The notes beneath the pieces were generated by a model, which searched no databases, was not told where the DNA came from, and saw nothing but the letters and a program-made list of their open reading frames with translations. Shown here piece by piece: positions 28,669 to 41,449 of a stretch of DNA of 64,000 nucleotides; within the stretch, counting starts at the first letter, position 1; each line of letters opens with the position of its first letter. Made by a program: the position numbers and the translations under genes. This DNA is from Octopus vulgaris (taxonomy: Eukaryota): the NCBI GenBank assembly GCA_951406725.2, contig OX597817.1:3720001-3784000 (forward strand), given 5' to 3'.

Positions 28669-28817
28669 CGTATTGTATTTTTGCGTTTTATAATTACTAC
28701 TGGTAAGTTAGATATTATAGTAAAATAAAAAATAAAACGAACTGTTGAATATTAGAAAAGAAAACACCTGTTGAAATCTATGTTTATGTCACGAGTCATG
28801 AAGTAAACATTTTTACC

Positions 28818-28868
<51 letters not shown>

Positions 28869-30761
28869 GTGTGTGTGTGTGTGTAGTATACAACTCTGTT
28901 AAAATGTATTTTTGCAGAAAACATGTTTTTGATTTATATAGCTTATGGGTGATTATTTTTTATTTCTACATAATTTCTGAACTACCAAGACTAACACTTA
29001 AAGACAAATTAGTATAACATATGGTAAAAGTAAGATTTTATTTCGAGAAATGTTTATTACTTGTAGTTAGATACTTCTCTTGCAGTTTCATAGAATTAGA
29101 AAGGGTATATACACGTGTATAAAATATATCTGATTCAACTTTTTAGTCTTCAATTATATTTTGGTTGGCATAAATACATATGCTGCTTTCGCATCGTATT
29201 TTACTTTAGCGATTGATATGAAACTTCTTAATGCCTTTATATTGGCACAAGACAAGCAATTTTGAGGAAAGTGGACATATTGACTACAGAGACACCAGTA
29301 CTTGATTGGTATGTATTTCAACAATCCCGGAAGGATGAAAGTCAAAGGTGACCATGGCTGAATTTGAACTCAGAATGTACTTGCAAATATAATAAAAGAC
29401 ATTTAAACCAAAGTTATTAGTTTCAAAATAAATTAAAAATTACAGTATTACCACGGAAGAGTTCAGACTAGTATTTAGTTTTCCTGTTTTAATATAACAT
29501 TCTGTTGACTATATATGAAAGACGGTGGGAATCACAGATTATTTCGGCCACAGTAAATATGAAACGAAAGGTGAAGGATGTGTTATCGCCTGATAAACTT
29601 CAGACGACTTGTTATTTTATCTTGCTTGATAGGATTCGTAAAAGGAAAGTTGTATTCGTTGAAAGAATTCTTGAATTCTAGAATGTACATAATCTTTATA
29701 ATTGTCGACCATGAAGAAATTCGAAGCAAAGCTTACTTGAAAACCTAAGCTGTAGTTGATCATATAGCGGAGAAGTACAATAAATAACATTAAGCAATAA
29801 ATTCGGCATTTTTGCTCTATATTCATAAGAAATAGTAATACAATAAAAATTATTACTTACATCATTATTTCCTGGCTGCTATGAGTGAATGACGCGCTCA
29901 TATGATGATATCCATATTTCAAATAACTTTTGTTGCGATACTGTATAGTGTACATGCAGTGAGATAGTTTAAGAATACAGTGATGCTGCTAACATGGATA
30001 AAAATATAATCCCTGTATACTCAAGGACCATTCCCTGATAATATTTCCAGGAAGCAGATGACTAAATATAAGTTTTAAGAATTAGAACATATTTTCATCT
30101 ATTAGTGAAATATTTTGTTCTCGAAAGCATGGATTGAGTAGTTATCAACCTTTAGATACTTGCATGATCTGTTGAATCATCAGCCAGGGGTGTCACTCTT
30201 ATACAAATTATTTATACATTAAGCATCATAAGTTATGCCGAAGTAGGGTAACATTGATATTTCTTGCTAATCTAAAGACTTAAATATAAATATACAGCAA
30301 TCACATATTTTAATTTGTTTAGATAAAATCATGTTAATGACAGTAATAAAAATATTAGCTAGTAATAAATGTTTAGCTACTGCTTACTAGCTATGTCACT
30401 CTGTTGTTTCCCGCTGGTATTTTTTGCATATGCAAATTTGTATAGGCATCGGAGATAGTTCCTTTAATAGTCAGTGTTAATCAGTTATCATGTCTGCATC
30501 CTCGGCTTACAGTTTTCACTTACGTTGTCTTACGTTCATCCAATTTGATTGGTTTGCAATACGAGACCGGAAAGATGCGAATGATTGCTTTTGACTAAAA
30601 GCATCATGTAGATCGCAGTGGTGTGAAACATGAATGACGAGATAAACATTCATTTTCAATACATACATACATACATAAATGCATGCACGCACGTACACAC
30701 GCACAATATACACATATTGTATCAATGCACTACATATTATATCATATTATACATATTATGA

Positions 30762-30934
30762 GCGCAGGTCTGGCCTTGGTAAGAAATTTGCTTCCTAACC
30801 GCATGGTTTCTGGATCAGTCCCACTGCATGCCTCCTTAGTCTAGCCTTCCACTTCAGCACTAGGTGACTAATGTCTAGTACGTGCTTTTGGTAGACGCAA
30901 GATGAAAGAAGCCTGTCAATTAGATACGTGAGAG

Positions 30935-30986
<52 letters not shown>

Positions 30987-31160
30987 GTGTGTTTGTGTTT
31001 TGTATGCAAGTGTGTATCCCACCACTTGATAACCTACGTTGTTTTGTATACCTTCCAGTAGCATACCGGTTGGGTAAAAGAGACAGATAGAATAAGTACA
31101 AGACTTTAAAACAGTAGAGAGTGGCGTCCATTTGTTACAAGAAAACCTCAGCATAACTAT
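30762..31160 (+). mobile_element. SINE family A, diverged
   Basis: gcgcagg..ggatcagtcccactgc..(TG)n..gatagaataagtac. Confidence 0.7.
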
Positions 31161-31328
31161 ACTCCAATTTCTCAAATAAAAGATTATATATATATATACC
31201 TGTAGGTACTGTAAATTTAGAGTGAATACTTGATAAGTGTAAGCACCTGTACATGCCAGATAGTGGCAGATGTGAGAGATTATATATCAAATATAAATTA
31301 AAAAATCTTTTGTGTTCTCTTTTTAATT

Positions 31329-31386
<58 letters not shown>

Positions 31387-31388
<2 letters not shown>

Positions 31389-32867
31389 GAGGGGAACCCT
31401 AAAGAAAGCGGAATTTAGCAATATTCTTTTCTACTAAAGGCCCGATATTTGGGATAGGGACCAGGCGATTAGATCGATCCCAGTATGCAACAGGTACTTA
31501 ATTTATCCACTCCGAAATGAGGAAAGGCAAGGTCGACTTCGGCGGAATTTGAACTCAGAACGTAAAGACAGACGAAATACTGCTAACCATTTCACCCGGC
31601 GTGCTAACGTCTCTGCCAAATCGCCGCCTTGGAATTTTGCAGTTTTGTTTTATTCAATTACCTTTACGTGTTTACACTTTTATTGCCTTCAAAGCATTCT
31701 CCATTTGAAGCCATGCATCGATCCAGACGCGTTTGCCACTGCTTGAAGCAGTCGTAGAACTCTTGCGAAGTGATGCCTTTTAACGCCTCCGTCGTTAGTT
31801 TGTCTTCCCCTCTTCGACATCTGCAAAATGTTTTCATTTAAGAATGAAAATATATCACAGGGAGCAAGATCGGATGAATAGGAAGTGTGGGCAAACGGGG
31901 TCATGCCAGTTTTGGTCAAAAACTATCTGACACTCAAGGCGGTGTGCGTAGGAGCATTGTCGTAGCGAAACCACCACTCTCCATTTTGTCATAGGTCGAA
32001 ACGTTTTCGTCTCACTGCATCTTGCCAACGCTTCAGAGCTGCCAAGTTAACAGTTTGACCAGGTGGAACAAATTCTGTGTGGACAATTCCCTTTGCATCG
32101 GTGAAACAAATCAACATCTAGATATTGGACTTCGCTTGACGTGCCTTTTGGGTCGTGGTAACATTGAGTGTTTCGATTAACTTGGTTGTTGCTTAATTTC
32201 CAGTTCGTAGCAGTAACACAAGCTTTCGTGACCTGTGATGACATTTGGAAAAAGGTCCGGTTCAACTTCAGACTGTTCTATCAGCTCAGAACACGCATCC
32301 AGTCGTGACTGCTTTTGATGTTCCGTGAACAAGCGAAGCAGAAATTTTGTTGCAACTCTTTTCATTCACAATTCCTCGCTCGAAATTCATTGGCACGAGC
32401 TCCAAGACGCACCAATCTTATCAACAAATTCGTTCATTGTTCTGTGACGGTTCTCCAAGATCAGTTCATGAATTTTCGTGATATTTTCATTCGTTCAGAA
32501 GGATGACAGTCACCCTGAATGAGATTGGTTTTTAAAGCGACAAGCGACCATTCTTAAACCATGAAAACTACTCATAAACTTGTGATTTGTTAATGTCAGC
32601 GTTCTTGTAAACTGTTTGAAGCATGGCAACTGTTTTGGCCGCCGTTTTCCTCAGCAGAAAGCAGAATTTTACGGAGACATGCCGTACCTTCACTTGAGCC
32701 ATCGTAAAAATCTACGAACAGGGAAAAAGCACTGAAAAACACGTGGTAGTCCGGCTTCATCGAGAACGCTAGTCGATGTCTTACGGTCGCATCAAGTGGC
32801 TACTAGCGGTGGAAGCCTGAATTAGGAAGGGCTTGTCCCACAGTGAACATTACCGGTTACTCGAGTA
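31387..32867 (-). mobile_element. Degenerate mariner (DD34D-type) transposon with nested SINE B (~31430-31630, minus)
   Basis: MKRVATKFLLRL..Q..R, ITGHESLCYCYE.E.KQQ and SYSSDLAPCD (YSPDLAPCD) remnants. Left end TA|CGAGGGG lies in a (TA)n array. Right TIR is partly deleted. Confidence 0.85.
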
Positions 32868-34384
32868 TATTTCAACCTGAGTTGATGCTGAAAAAAAATG
32901 CCTGAAGTTTAAGACAAATGAAAATACGGAAATTGTTATAGCATAGGATATCAATCAGTAGTATTAAATTTATTTGATTATACATAAATAAATTTATCAA
33001 ATTATCATTTTCATTTAAGAGAGAAGGTCCGTGAAAAAATCTCTGTCTTTCTTTAAATGCAATCATCCGGTGCTTTGGTTCCTTGCCTTCGTTTTGCTTC
33101 ATTTCATTGATGTGGCTAAAGGAATCTTCTGAGCGTCGGTACTTGCAGCATTTGTTTAGATCTATAAATCCAGGGTATATTAGCATCTCTGGCTAACTTG
33201 GCCTTATATATTTACAGGGTAAAAAAAAGTGAGATTATCCATAAAATATCGGTCTCGATATAATCGACCATTCTTTGTCTCAGAAATTCTAGCCATGTGG
33301 GTATTTTTGTGGGTATTGAGACATGTCTCAATTCACCTGTCGTTGCTAATTTGCGTCGTGTTGTCAGTTCTGGAATAATCAGAGAAAGAGAAGACGAATC
33401 GGCTCCGGACTGATACTTTATTTATCGCCCTCGTAAATATGAACAACAGAGTTGTTGTCAGCAGGATTTGAACTAACAGAGCAGAGGGCCACAGAAACAC
33501 CGCGAAGCATTCTATCCATCTCCCTTACAACTCTGTTGCCTAACCGCCCTATCAATGATAAATCAGCAAAGAAAAAAGAAAAGAAGAAATGAACAAAAAT
33601 AAAAAAAAAAGGTGTCAAGAATTCTTTGATATACTGAAGTAATCTGGAAAATTAATTAGGAGAATTTGAGGACTAAAACAAGGATCAATACGCAGTTAAT
33701 GATTGAATAATTCCATAAGAATAATCAAAGGCAAGTTATTAGATGAAGGAATATTGTCTGATATCAAAGATTGAATATCTGAAAATTCCTTTATAGAATT
33801 AGTGAGTCACTGGTTTAACAGAAGATGCGCTTGTTAGATAATTTAAGTAACACAAGAAAATACCATTTCTACTTTCTGATGTAGTCGTGTATTTAATGCT
33901 GACCACCTTTGTATTTTTCCTACTACGTTTTCCTGGATATTTCGTTGTTCAATTGGAGCAAATGATTTTATGATATTCGCATTTCCTAGTTAGTTAAGCC
34001 GGTATATTATGAACATTTCACTTTTTCCTATCGACAAAGCAGATGTTTTATGATGTAACATCTATAATATCATTTTCAGTTTTATCTGAGTAGATATTTC
34101 AGAAAATGCAGATCTTTTTATTTGATTAGTATAGATTGTTTATGGTGCGATGTTCTTCTATACGTGAAAGTACACAATTTCCTGACGTTGTATATTTTGG
34201 GATCGACTAGATAATTTTATGCTGTATTTATCATCCTCTTTAACTGAGGGTGTAATGTTTAATAAGATGTTCATGTTGCTTTTGATTGTTGTCGAAAGTC
34301 TGAGAAGATATTGTTGGTATTATATAGGTATAACCACGTGCTAGCAATAGTCTTATGAGTGCACTGGTACGCGGGAAACTGAAA

Positions 34385-34445
<61 letters not shown>

Positions 34446-34446
<1 letters not shown>

Positions 34447-35676
34447 TGGGGTTGGACGAAATGGGAACATTAAAATTTCAGGCAAATTTATTTTAATATG
34501 GGGTAGGACCGCCTTTGGCAATAATTACAGCTTGAATTCTACGAGGTATGGATTCGTACAAAGTTTGAATTGTTTCCAAAGGAAACTTTGTCTATTCTTC
34601 AGCTAAAACAGTCTCCAGTTCTTGTAATGATGATGGTGGAGGATATCGACTCCTTACTTGTTTTTCTAAAATGCGCTATAAATGTTCAATAATATTGAGA
34701 TCTGGGGAATGTGGTGACCAGATAAGATGTTCAACTTCACTAGAATGTTTTTCGTGCCATTTACTAACAACTTTAGCTGTGTGAATTGGTGAATTATCAT
34801 CCTGAAACATTGCATTTCTCTCCGGAAACAGTTCCGCAACCATAGGATGAATTTGATCAGATAAAATGCTTAAATAGTCTTGACTATTAATTCTGCCATG
34901 AAGGGAGTCCATTGGGCCGGCAGATTTCCAAGATATACCCCACCCCAGATCATCACAGCTCCTTCTCCATGTTTAACAGTTGGAAGAAAGCAGTCTGGGT
35001 CAAATGCTTCATTTGGCTGTCTCCACACGTATACTCGGCCGGTGGTCGGAAATAAAGTAAAGGATGATTCGTCCGAGTAAATAACATTTTTCAACTGCTC
35101 CATGGACCAACTCTGTAGGTTTTTACTCCACAACGTTTGTTTATGAAAGTACTGGTTTTCTGATTGCAGCCCTCCCGTGAAACCCGGCTTTGTACAGCTC
35201 CTGGCGAACGGTTTTTGCGGAAACTGGGTTCTCGGGGTGGCCATTAAGCTCTGCTGTAATTTTGTGATCCTTTTTAACAATTCGCATAAGAGTCTGAAAG
35301 TTTTGGTTTTCTTCCGGAGTTTTGTTTTGACGAAGAGGTTTTTCCCTCTTTCTCAAAGTTATTACTTTCGAGACAGTTTTTCTTGATACACCAAACATTT
35401 CGCCCGTTTCTGTTACGCTAGCGCCTGCCATACGAGCACCAATAATTTGACCTCTTAGAAAATCCGATAGATCTGTCATTTTAATGAATTTTAAATAACC
35501 TTTTTCTGATGATATCTGAAAAGAAACAGCAATTTTAGCAAAACATATTAAGCAACACTAATAACACATCAAAAAAAAAAAAAAAAAAAAAAATAAACAA
35601 GCTTTTGCCAGTTTTATAGATATTTCAAAATTATGATGCTAGATGCTAGGTGTTTCCATTATTTTGTCCTAAACCC

Positions 35677-35678
<2 letters not shown>
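34446..35678 (-). mobile_element. Tc1-like (DD34E) transposon, full length, frameshifted
   Basis: TIRs ctggggttggacgaaatgggaacat / gtgtttccattattttgtcctaaaccctg in (TA)n. Motifs LSDFLRGQIIG (HTH), YSDESSF, PTVKHG, FQDDN.PIH, SPDLNIIEHL. Confidence 0.92.
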
Positions 35679-35755
<77 letters not shown>

Positions 35756-36217
35756 TTGAGTTATTCTGTCTGTGTTTGTCCCCCACCCCCACTTAGTCGA
35801 TTCGTTCGAATAATATTCTTCAAGGCGGCGCTCCAGCGTAGTCTGAACGTATAAGAAACAAGTAAATGATAAAACAGCTGCTGACCAACCAAAATCTTGT
35901 GAATGGATTTGTGTCAATGGAAGCTATGGAGCGGCCAATAAGGTGGAATGTACTTGTAATACCACAAGTTCAACATAATCATATAGTGTCATGCTCATTC
36001 TACTTGAAAATTACGTTAAGAGAACCCGTATTTCTGTAATTCCCAGCTACTAATCACGCTAAGTCGGAATCGACGTATGGTCCCACATACGTAGAATAAG
36101 TGTGAGTGTGCATGTGTCTGTCTATGTACACACACACAGTCTCTCTCTCTCTCTCTCTCTCTCGCACACACACGCGCGCACACAGAGACATATATGCAAA
36201 TATACATACACACACAC

Positions 36218-36278
<61 letters not shown>

Positions 36279-36480
36279 GGAGTAAACACATAAATGTGAA
36301 ACAAGGTGGAAAAAAGAGTACTCAAATACCAGTGGTAGAGTAATATGCTTTATTTAAAGCAGCAGAAAATTCAACAAAACCTGTTACTCTGAGTTTTTGC
36401 TAGCAAAAACTGTCCGATGAACGGCAACGAGAAACTCAGAGTAACAGGTTTTGTTGAATTTTCTGCTGCTTTAAATAAAG
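36279..36480 (+). mobile_element. Short PLE-type insertion with 49-bp inverted arms and HHR
   Basis: 36348-36396 is the exact reverse complement of 36432-36480. Lies between (TA)n arrays. Confidence 0.7.
36410..36447 (+). ncRNA. Hammerhead ribozyme, C4 variant
   Basis: ctgt-CCGATGA-acg(gcaa)cga-GAAA-ctcagagt-A-acag. GUA triplet. Stem II closing pair is mismatched. Confidence 0.6.
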
Positions 36481-36500
36481 TGTATATATATATATATAAA

Positions 36501-36968
36501 GTAGTCGTATACGGTCAACTCAATGTGACGGTCCCGTAAGGGAATTACACCACTATATCGCTCCACCACCTCTTATGTCTCTCTGATACATTTAGAAATT
36601 CAATATTTAAAATTTCGGTGATCAGTAAATAAATTTTACTGTAAATATGATATATTTGCGAAGAGGTTGCAATCATCTCAGCGACCGAGACTGGCTACCC
36701 TGGACTGACGACGAGCAATAGACTCAGAAACATATGTCTTCAGGTGCTTAGTCCCAGCTGGCGGGGGTGATTGCCTCCCCTTTGCAAATATAGGGAAACA
36801 GAAAATGTGTCAAAGCCGACAGGAGATGTCGATGTTTCCTAGGGCTAAATGGCGGTGGCGTAATTCCCTTACGGGGCTGTCACATTGAGTTGACAGTATA
36901 CGACCACTATATCGCTCCACCACCGCTTATGTCTCTCTCTGAGACATTTAGAAATTCAATATTTCTAA
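36501..36968 (+). mobile_element. Retrozyme-like non-autonomous element: inverted partial repeat + 354-bp unit with terminal direct repeats
   Basis: 36501-36552 is the inverted copy of 36856-36907. 36550-36608 is directly repeated at 36904-36964. Internal HHR, (TA)n flanks. Confidence 0.8.
36699..36744 (+). ncRNA. Type I hammerhead ribozyme, canonical core
   Basis: cctgga-CTGACGA-cgag(caataga)ctca-GAAA-catatgt-C-ttcagg. GUC triplet and palindromic stem III ACATATGT. Confidence 0.8.
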
Positions 36969-36985
36969 TTATATATATATATATA

Positions 36986-37040
<55 letters not shown>

Positions 37041-37048
37041 CTGTGTGC

Positions 37049-37350
37049 ATAAAATATAAATTAAAGATAAAACCACTATTATGCAACCCAAACAGTGATA
37101 GACATAAACCAATATATAAATAACAAATGATTTTATAAAACATATAACTTATAATTAAATCTCAAAAAATATAAAATGAATGATAAATAAATATATATTA
37201 TATATTTATCATTCATTTTATAATTTTTGAGATCTAATTATAAGTTATATGTTTTATAAAAATATTTATTATTCGTTATTTATGTATTGGTTTATGTCTA
37301 TCACTGTTTGAGTTGCATAATAGTGGTTTTATCTCTAATTTATATTTTAT
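37049..37350. repeat. ~150-bp-arm near-perfect palindrome (foldback), probably PLE-type terminal inversion
   Basis: 37049-37195 is the reverse complement of 37200-37350. The right arm continues to 37419, then (TA)n. Confidence 0.85.
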
Positions 37351-37887
37351 ATTCTATACTGTGAAATTTGATTTAATACTAAATTGAATTTTTCCCTGTT
37401 AAATTGGAGTTATACTCCCATATATATATATATATATATATATCACATTCACAAAATATAATGCGCTGGACCTTCACTTTGTTCGATCTACACGTGACTT
37501 GTTCTGTCTAATTATATCCTATATTTTCCGGAATATTAGATATCGTAAAATACATTTTTGAGCGTGGCAATTTTCGGCATCAACAGCCGAGTTGCCATGT
37601 TATATATTTTATCCACCACTGGCATTATTGGACTCTAAGTTCTTTTTGTGACAACTTTATGCATTGTTAATATACATATGCAATATAACATTATATGAAG
37701 TGAATACTTCTAATTATTTATTTAAAAAGTAATTCATATTCACTAATATTACTTCCAATAGCGTGATTATATTCTTGATAACTGAGATGCTTGTTTCAAA
37801 GACGAATTTAACTTTTGTTATGTCCATTGGCAGGTAATACGTATTTTAATATTTTCGCCTTTTTGCAAATTCATGTATTTACTAAGT

Positions 37888-38120
37888 TTTCTTATTCTTT
37901 TATTTGTTTCAGTCATTTGACTGTGGCCATGCTGGAGCACCGCTTTTAGTCGAAAATATCGACGCCAGCACTAATTCTTTGTAAGCCTAGTATTTTATTC
38001 CATCGGACACTTTTGCGGAACCGCTATGTTACGCGGACGTAAAGACACTATTATCGATTTTCAAGCGATGGTGGGGGGACAAACACAGACACACAAAGAT
38101 ATATATATACATACATACAT

Positions 38121-38191
<71 letters not shown>

Positions 38192-38416
38192 TGGGGGTAC
38201 GACGGGAATCTTTCGGTATCCGTCTACCTGGTCTACTCACAAAACCTTCATTAAGATTTCGTTAATGTCTACGTTTTAGGTTCAAATATTGTCTTTGGCC
38301 GGCCTGAGGCTATAGTAGAAGGCACTTTACCAAGGTGCCACGCAGTGGGACTTACTGAACACGGAACCATGAGGTTGAAAAGCAAGTTTCGTACAACACA
38401 ACCACTCGTGCACCTA
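37888..38416 (-). mobile_element. SINE family A
   Basis: Reverse complement of 62411-62880. Confidence 0.85.
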
Positions 38417-38650
38417 TATTGTAAGTTTTCTTTTATATTGTAAACATTCACGTGATTATTACAACAGTATCTGTTGAAATTCCACGGTTATTTTGAAAAA
38501 TAAATAACTGTTGGAATAGAGAACCATGAAATATATTTCTTTTCAAGATAATTTTTTTAATATACGTCAAAAATTTGAAATGGTGTAGAGCTCACAGATT
38601 ATTACTAAAAGTGCAGCCACAAGACAAGACAAAATTGCCTTTCAGATACC

Positions 38651-38690
<40 letters not shown>

Positions 38691-38780
38691 GTCAATACAA
38701 ACATGAAAAAACAACAACGCGAGGACGTGGAATAAGTACAGTGTTATTGGGCGGTCAGGAAAGGAAAGAAAAGAAAGAGG

Positions 38781-38817
38781 ACATCACGTTTCGAGCGGAA
38801 CTCTTCATCAGCAATAT
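38781..38817 (-). ncRNA. Hammerhead-like motif in short insert 38688-38880
   Basis: Minus strand: atattg-CTGATGA-a-gag(ttccg)ctc-GAAAC-GTG-atgt. Cleavage triplet and stem I are degenerate. Confidence 0.55.
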
Positions 38818-38886
38818 AGAATAAGTCCAAAGAAGGCAAGACGGAGACAAAAAATGGCCAAGGACACAAACGCGATCGCACACACA

Positions 38887-38945
<59 letters not shown>

Positions 38946-39018
38946 TTTAAAGAAACACTCATTATCACTATGGACTCCGTGTGGGCAGTCATCTAAAAGT
39001 TTTTGTTCGTCATGATGC

Positions 39019-39133
39019 TGACATAATTCCTTGTCTTTCCTGATGAGAAGACGGCATAATGCACCCTTTGTTCCTTCGGAATTAAGAATATGCAGTCTTC
39101 GAAACATGTGTCGAGAATAAAGGAATTTTGTTA
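39019..39133 (+). ncRNA. Type I hammerhead ribozyme with extended stems I and II (insert 38946-39161)
   Basis: tttc-CTGATGA-gaagacggcata...tatgcagtcttc-GAAA-catgtgt-C-gaga. GUC triplet. Distal stem I aattcctt/aaggaatt. Confidence 0.82.
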
Positions 39134-39158
39134 AATCGTCGTTCGACTCCATTCTTTC

Positions 39159-39238
<80 letters not shown>

Positions 39239-39661
39239 TTAGAGGAATAAGTAAAAGTTCTTATGTAGGGAATAAAATCGAAGACGGAATCTACCTAAAA
39301 TGAAAGTTAATTTTGTTATAAGTACGTTTGTAAATCTGTAAAAGATTTAATGCATCCACATTTTCAAATCGGAGGAAAACGTTTTCGAATGGAGTTGAGC
39401 ACACAAACTCATTGAACAAAGTGAATTAGTTACCTCTAATGATCTGTGGACTGTAAAATATATAGCACACGTAATTTGAATATCTATCAACAAATGATCT
39501 TAGAATCGATATAAATATCATACGTGACGTATTTTTTTGGCTCCACAGTTAAAGCCTTACAAACTAAGAAACATAGACGAATAATCTTATGGCTTAAAAA
39601 TGTTAAAAATGTACTTATTAATGTTTCTCTCTGTCTCTGTCTCTCGCTTTCTCTCTCTCTC

Positions 39662-39731
<70 letters not shown>

Positions 39732-40289
39732 GTTACAAATTGAGATAGGGGTTGTAAATGCAACCCTCTATGGGATAACGTATGTCCAATATACTGCTAG
39801 TGAAGTACCCAATAAAGTTAATACATAAATGTTAATGATTGCGATGCAATCAATTCATTTACTGTATTATTTGGGCAAAGGTAAAATGATTTACCTCTGC
39901 TCTGGATCATAATGTAAGAGTTATTAATAATATTATGAATGATAACAATGATAACATTAATTGTATTGACAACGATAATGATACTAACTTTAATGACACT
40001 TTGGAAACTATTATGAAGTAATATAATGTACCTTTGACTATGTATATTTACATCTAGATATTAATTTGTGTATGTTTATTATCACAATATTAAGTTGAAA
40101 AACTGAGACATTTGGTGTGGAACACATATATGTTTACTAATTTATATTATTTATTTATATCATTATGTAAATGTATATTTTTTTTATATGTATAGGAGTG
40201 TGAGTATATACACTCATATGTATATATATATGTTGTATTATGGATACGCACCCGCACTCATGTGGGTATATGTGTAGACTGTGTTATAT

Positions 40290-40430
40290 TACATAATCTC
40301 CGAAGAGGCCTTGTGATATTTTTGTTAATGTCTCATTTATATCTATATATTGACCAACCATAAAGGGCTAATATTGGTAAAATGAGACATAATTATCGAC
40401 ATGGCCGAAACAGCTGTAAGATCTAATGTA
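40290..40430 (+). ncRNA. Type I hammerhead ribozyme, C4 variant, ~100-nt stem II (insert 39728-40668)
   Basis: atct-CCGAAGA-ggcc..atgtctcattt..aaatgagacat..ggcc-GAAA-cagctgt-A-agat. GUA triplet and palindromic stem III ACAGCTGT. Confidence 0.78.
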
Positions 40431-40666
40431 TGCTTATATTTATATTTACTTGTATTTATATCCTTTTTTATACATATTCTAATTATTATACAACATTACT
40501 CTTTTATGTACACTTTTTTTATGTACATTCCTTTATGTACACTGATTTGTTCTGCTTTTTATATTTAACCCTACAGTCTCTTAGGTGGTGGTTTAATAAA
40601 GTATGTGATTGAGTATTATCTGGTAATTGATATTTGATTTAGATGTGTTTCTCCATTTTCTTATCT

Positions 40667-40741
<75 letters not shown>

Positions 40742-41040
40742 ATATCTCTCACTGTATAAAATTAGAATAATATATACTATAGTGACGGACTATTATTCAT
40801 CCCTCGTGGGACGATAAAATAAGTACTAATTGAGAACTGAGGACGATGTTATCGACTTGTCCAAAAATTGCTAGATTTTACTAAATTTCTCAGTCAGGCA
40901 ATTTACATTGTACAATCGCTGTCGCGTTTATTATTCGACATCTGATAGTTACAAGTAACCTGCTGCTGCTTAACTTGCTGCCCTATTGTGACTGTGGGAT
41001 GCATACTTCATTTTTCTTGCTTTCGGGAAATATTGCATTT

Positions 41041-41448
41041 CTTTTTCTTTTCTTTTCTTGCTTCAGTCATTTGACTGCGGCCATGCTGGAGCACCGCCTT
41101 TAATCGAGCAACTCGACCCTGGGACTTATTCTTTTTTTGTAAGCCCAGTACTTATTCTATCGGTCTCTTTTTGCCGAACCGCTAAGTGACGGGGACATAA
41201 ACACACCAGCATCGGTTGTCAAGCAATGCTAGGGGGACAAACACAGACACACAAACACACACATACACATATATATATACATATATACGACGGGCTTCTT
41301 TCAGTTTCCGTCTACCAAATCCACTCACAAGGCTTTGGTCGGCCCGAGGCTATAGTAGAAGACACTTGCCCAAGGTGCCACGCAGTGGGACTGATCCCAG
41401 AACCATGTGGTTGGTAAACAAGCTACTTACCACACAGCCACTCCTTGC
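41041..41448 (-). mobile_element. SINE family A, well conserved
   Basis: Full head-to-tail match to 62411-62880 in reverse. Confidence 0.9.
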
Positions 41449-41449
41449 A

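Noticed and set aside
32872-33186. 104-aa minus-strand ORF in unique sequence
   Set aside because: No recognisable homology and no clear donor/acceptor pair. Cannot be supported as an exon.
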